NCBI GenBank assembly: GCA_009914755.4
Contig: CP086569.2
Location: 7,072,001 to 7,136,000, forward strand
Direction: 5' to 3'
From: the human T2T-CHM13v2.0 reference genome, Homo sapiens
DNA length: 64,000 bases
Shown here: positions 60,558-64,000 of the stretch, in pieces
Position numbering within the stretch: the stretch's first letter is position 1
Layout: every line of letters begins with the position of its first letter
The notes under the pieces: generated by a model
Told to the model about the DNA's origin: nothing
The model's database searches: none
What the model saw: only the letters and a program-made list of their open reading frames with translations
Made by a program: the position numbers and the translations under genes

Positions 60558-61807
60558 TTTTGTTATTATACTTTAAGTTCTAGGGTACATGTGCACAACA
60601 TGCAGGTTTGTTACATAGGTATCCATGTGCTATGTTGGTTTGCAGCACCCGTCAGTCCATTATTTACATTAAGTATTTCTCCTAATGCTATCCTTTCCCT
60701 AGCCTTCCACCCCATAACAGGCCCCAGTGTGTGATGTTCCTGTTCCTGTGTCCATGTCTTCTCATTGTTCAACTCCCACTTATGAGTGAGAACATATGGT
60801 GTTTGTTTTTCTATTCTTGTATTGGTTTGCTAAGGATGGTTTCCAGCTTCATCCATGTCCCTGCAAAGGACATGGATGCATCCTTTTTAATGGTGCCATA
60901 GTATTCCATGGTGTATATGTGCCACATTTTCTTTAACCAGTCTATCATTGATGGGCATTTAGGTTGGTTCCAAGTCTTTGCTATTGTGAATAGTGCCACA
61001 ATAAACATATGTGTGCATGAGTCTTTATAGTAGCATGATTTATAATCCTTTAGGTGTCTATCCAATAATGAGATTGCTGGGTCAAATGGTATTTCTAGTT
61101 CTAGATCCTTGAGGAATCACCTCACTATTTTCCACAATGGTTGAACTAATTTAGACTCTCACCAACAGTCTAAAAGTGTTTCTATTTCTCCACATCCTCT
61201 CCAGCACCTGTTGTTTCCTGACTATTTAATGATTGCCATGCTAACTGGCATAAGATGGATCTGATTTTGGTTTTGATTTGCATTTCTTTAATGACCAGTG
61301 ATGATGAGCTTTTTTTCATATGTTTGTTGGCTGCATAAATGTCTTCTTTTGAGAAGTGTCTGCTCATATCCTTCACCCACTTTCTGATGGGGTTGTTTGT
61401 TTTCTTCCTGTAAATCCATTTAAGCTCTTTGTAGATTCTGGATATTAGCCCTTTGTCAGACGGATAGCTTGCAAAATTTTATCCTATTCTGTAGGTTCCC
61501 TGCTCACTCTGGTGATAGTTTCTTTGGCTGTGCAGAAGCTCTTTAGTTTAATCACATCCCATTTATCAATTTTGGCTTTTGTTTTCATTGCTTTTGGTGT
61601 TTTAGTCATGAAGTCTTTGCCCATGCCTATGTCCTGAATGATATTGCTTAGATTTTCTTCTAGGGTTTTTATGCTTTTAATTCTTTAATTAAATTGTTCT
61701 TTTAATTCTTTAATTAATCCATGCTTTTAATTCTTTAATCCAGTTAATATTTGTGTAAGCTGTAAGGAAGGGATCCAGTTTCAGCTTTCTGCATATGGTT
61801 TTTCCAC
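60558..61807 (-). mobile_element. 5'-truncated L1PA-lineage 3' fragment (about 1.25 kb), antisense, lying tail-to-head behind the full-length L1
   Basis: 'ttttgttattatactttaagttctagggtacatgtgcacaacatgcaggtttgttacataggtatccatgtgctatgttggtttgcagcacccgtcagtccattatttacattaagtatttctcctaatgctatcc...ggtttccagcttcatccatgtccctgcaaaggacatggatgcatcc...' through '...gtaaggaagggatccagtttcagctttctgcatatgg'. It contains a small (aattctttaattaa)n tandem at about 61680-61745. The minus-strand ORF encodes '...FTIAKTWNQPKCPSMIDWLKKMWHIYTMEYY...'. Confidence 0.9.
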
Positions 61808-61994
61808 GTACTTTTAAGATTATAGTACCCGCTGAGTTTCAGAGGACAAGGAAAAGAGCAAGTTGTGCATGCATCCAACTATAGGAATGCTTTAAACATT
61901 TTACTATCTAAAACATTCTTATTTTGCTTTCCCTAAAGTTTCCCCAGCTATCATCAACCAAAAAATCACTTCTCTCTTCTACTTAAATTTCTTT

Positions 61995-62288
61995 ATTTTT
62001 ACTTTAGGAGACAGGATCTTGCTTGTTGCCCAGGCAGGGGTGCAGTGGCACCATCATAACTCACTTTAGCCTTGACTTCCCTGGGCTCAAGTGATCCTCC
62101 CACTTCAGCCTCCCAAGTAGCTGGGATTACAGGTGTGTTGCAGCATGCTGAATATTTTATTTTATTTTATTTTGAGATGGGGTCTCACTGTGTTGTGCAG
62201 GTTGGTGCTGAACTCCTGTCTTAAATCAATCCTCTCTCATTAGCCTCCCAAAGCACTGGGATTATAGCTGTAGGCCACCATGCCCAGC
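61995..62288 (-). mobile_element. Alu (antisense; right-arm region diverged and A-rich)
   Basis: 'ggagacaggatcttgcttgttgcccaggcaggggtgcagtggcaccatcataactcactttagcc...cctcccaagtagctgggattacaggtgtg...' and '...gcctcccaaagcactgggattatagctgtaggccaccatgcccagc'. Confidence 0.8.
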
Positions 62289-63004
62289 TTTTCTTACATT
62301 TACATTTCTAAACACTCATATATTCCAAATGTGACAGCTAGGCAGACACGCATACGTGCACATATTTATATGCCGTCATCACCCACAACCTCTCACCTCA
62401 CTCCACAATTATTTCTCAATGTGTAGCCTCTTCATAAAATATTCAGGAAAGGGCACTTACCCAACTCACTCTTTTGGAAATGTTCTGTAAGTGTTAGAAA
62501 GCATGCCTTGCCATTACCCATTCTTTCAGGCTCAGCTCACAAAATCCCCTCATCTCCTGTAAGAACCTGCCGTAGACTCACCCTACTGGCAGATGCTGCT
62601 TTTCTGTGTTCCTATGGTATGCTGGCTCAAACTTCACATATGCCACTTCTATTATGAAACACAATGATGTCTATGAACCATGGAACCATTTGCAGAAGGA
62701 ATTCTTGGGAGTCATTCTACATGTCCTGGGGTCTGAGAAAATGGCAGCTCGACCAGTGTCTGATACTTTCAATGGCAGAATCGTTAACAGTAACTCAGTC
62801 ACAGGGCATGCAAGTTGGACTGTAAACACCTTCAGCCATCTGGTGATACATAATGTCCTCCTTGGCTCCTTGACCTGGGGATGATGGAATACCACTTGCT
62901 TTCTGAGAACAAATGGGCTCAAGTGGCAACAAGAGCACACCCAGGCAATATGTGAAAGATTTTCACAGTGGTTGACAAAGAGAATAAAAGCAAGATGAGG
63001 CCTA

Positions 63005-63180
63005 GGGCAATGGGTCATGCCTGTAATCACAGCACTTTGGGAGGCCAAGGCAGGAGGATCATTTGAAGCAGGGGTTCAAGGCCAGCCTGGGCAACATAGC
63101 AAGAGCCTTGTTTCTACAAATAATACAAAAAATTAGCTGGGCGTGGTGGTGTGTGCCTATAGTCACAGCTAGTCAGGAGA
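63005..63180 (+). mobile_element. Alu fragment (3'-truncated)
   Basis: 'ggcaatgggtcatgcctgtaatcacagcactttgggaggccaaggcaggaggatcatttgaagcaggggttcaaggccagcctgggcaacatagcaagag...aattagctgggcgtggtggtgtgtgcctatagtcacagctagtcaggag'. Confidence 0.85.
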
Positions 63181-63399
63181 AATTCATTTGAATGCATTTC
63201 TCTCTTTAGAGAAACAATGTTATGTGACTCCACTTTATGCCTCATAACCTGCATGGTGGAACACAATACTGCAGAAAGCGTGAAGTATATTTTTTATTAA
63301 TTTTAGAAACTCAATAAGATGTAGCTTGTTTTCTGGAACACTGATGACTTAAACACTGGAGAGTTGCAAGTAAACAGAATAATATTATTTTCATTGGAC

Positions 63400-63830
63400 C
63401 TAAATGTCCATCAATGGATGATTGGATAAAGAAAATGTGGCAGTCCATGTATACCACAGAATACTACGCAGTCATGAAAAAGAATGAAACCATGTCTTTT
63501 GCAACAACATGGATGGAACCAGAGGTCATTGTCTTTAGTGAAATAACTCAGAAATAGAAAGAAAATACCATATGTTCTCACATATAAGTGGGAGCTAAGT
63601 AATGTGTACACATGGACATAGAGAGTGGAATAATATACATTGGAGATTTGGAGGGGTGGGAGAGTGAAAGTGGGTGAGATGAGAAATTACTTAGTGAGTA
63701 CGATGTACATCATTCAGGTAATGGGTACACTAAAAGCCCTCACTTCACCAGCATGCAATATATCTATGTAAGAAAACTGCACTTGTACACCTTAAATACA
63801 TTTTAAAAATTTAAAAATCAAAAAAGAACA
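63400..63830 (+). mobile_element. Old L1 (L1PB/L1MA-type) 3'-end fragment (ORF2 C-terminus and 3' UTR), sense
   Basis: 'cctaaatgtccatcaatggatgattggataaagaaaatgtggcagtccatgtataccacagaatactacgcagtcatgaaaaagaatgaaaccatgtcttttgcaacaacatggatggaaccagaggtcattgtctttagtgaaataactcag...catatgttctcacatataagtgggagctaag...' through '...actgcacttgtacaccttaaatacattttaaaaatttaaaaatcaaaaaag'. Confidence 0.8.
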
Positions 63831-64000
63831 GTGTTTTCTTCATTGGGTGGTGGAAAGATGCCAGCCAGGTTGCTCTGCTCAGGGAAGTTCCAGAAAGCAG
63901 AAGACAGGAAGAGGTTGTTGGGATGTCTGTATGAAATGACTCTCCAGGTGGGCAGATAGAAAATTTCAATTTTTGGAATTGTTCTTTTCTGATGGTCAGG

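Overview
Primate (human-type) nuclear genomic DNA, not prokaryotic. Roughly half the window is interspersed repeats, in an AT-rich, L1-rich, gene-poor context. About 30 Alu copies are present, most near full-length, several partial or split. There are two near-full-length L1PA elements (8332-14135 on +, 54528-60296 on -), both with decayed ORF1/ORF2, plus nine smaller L1 fragments. Eight MaLR LTR copies (THE1/MST/MLT1 type) and two to three class-I ERV solo LTRs are present, one of which is inserted inside an Alu with a clean 4-bp target-site duplication. MADE1 fragments, a palindromic MITE-like element, several long GATA/GATG-type microsatellites, a 330-bp GGAA microsatellite, a ~500-bp GA-rich tract, a 15-bp-unit minisatellite and a ~1.1-kb AT-rich tandem repeat are also seen. 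I could not support any cellular protein-coding exon, tRNA, rRNA or CRISPR array from sequence alone. I found no undescribed biological system. The items worth a second look are transposable-element structural events (nested insertions with target-site duplications, a twin-primed L1, an L1 with an internal duplication plus deletion) and several long structure-prone repeats. Family names were assigned from my recollection of repeat consensus sequences and should be confirmed with RepeatMasker/Dfam. All coordinates are approximate to about +/-10 bp.
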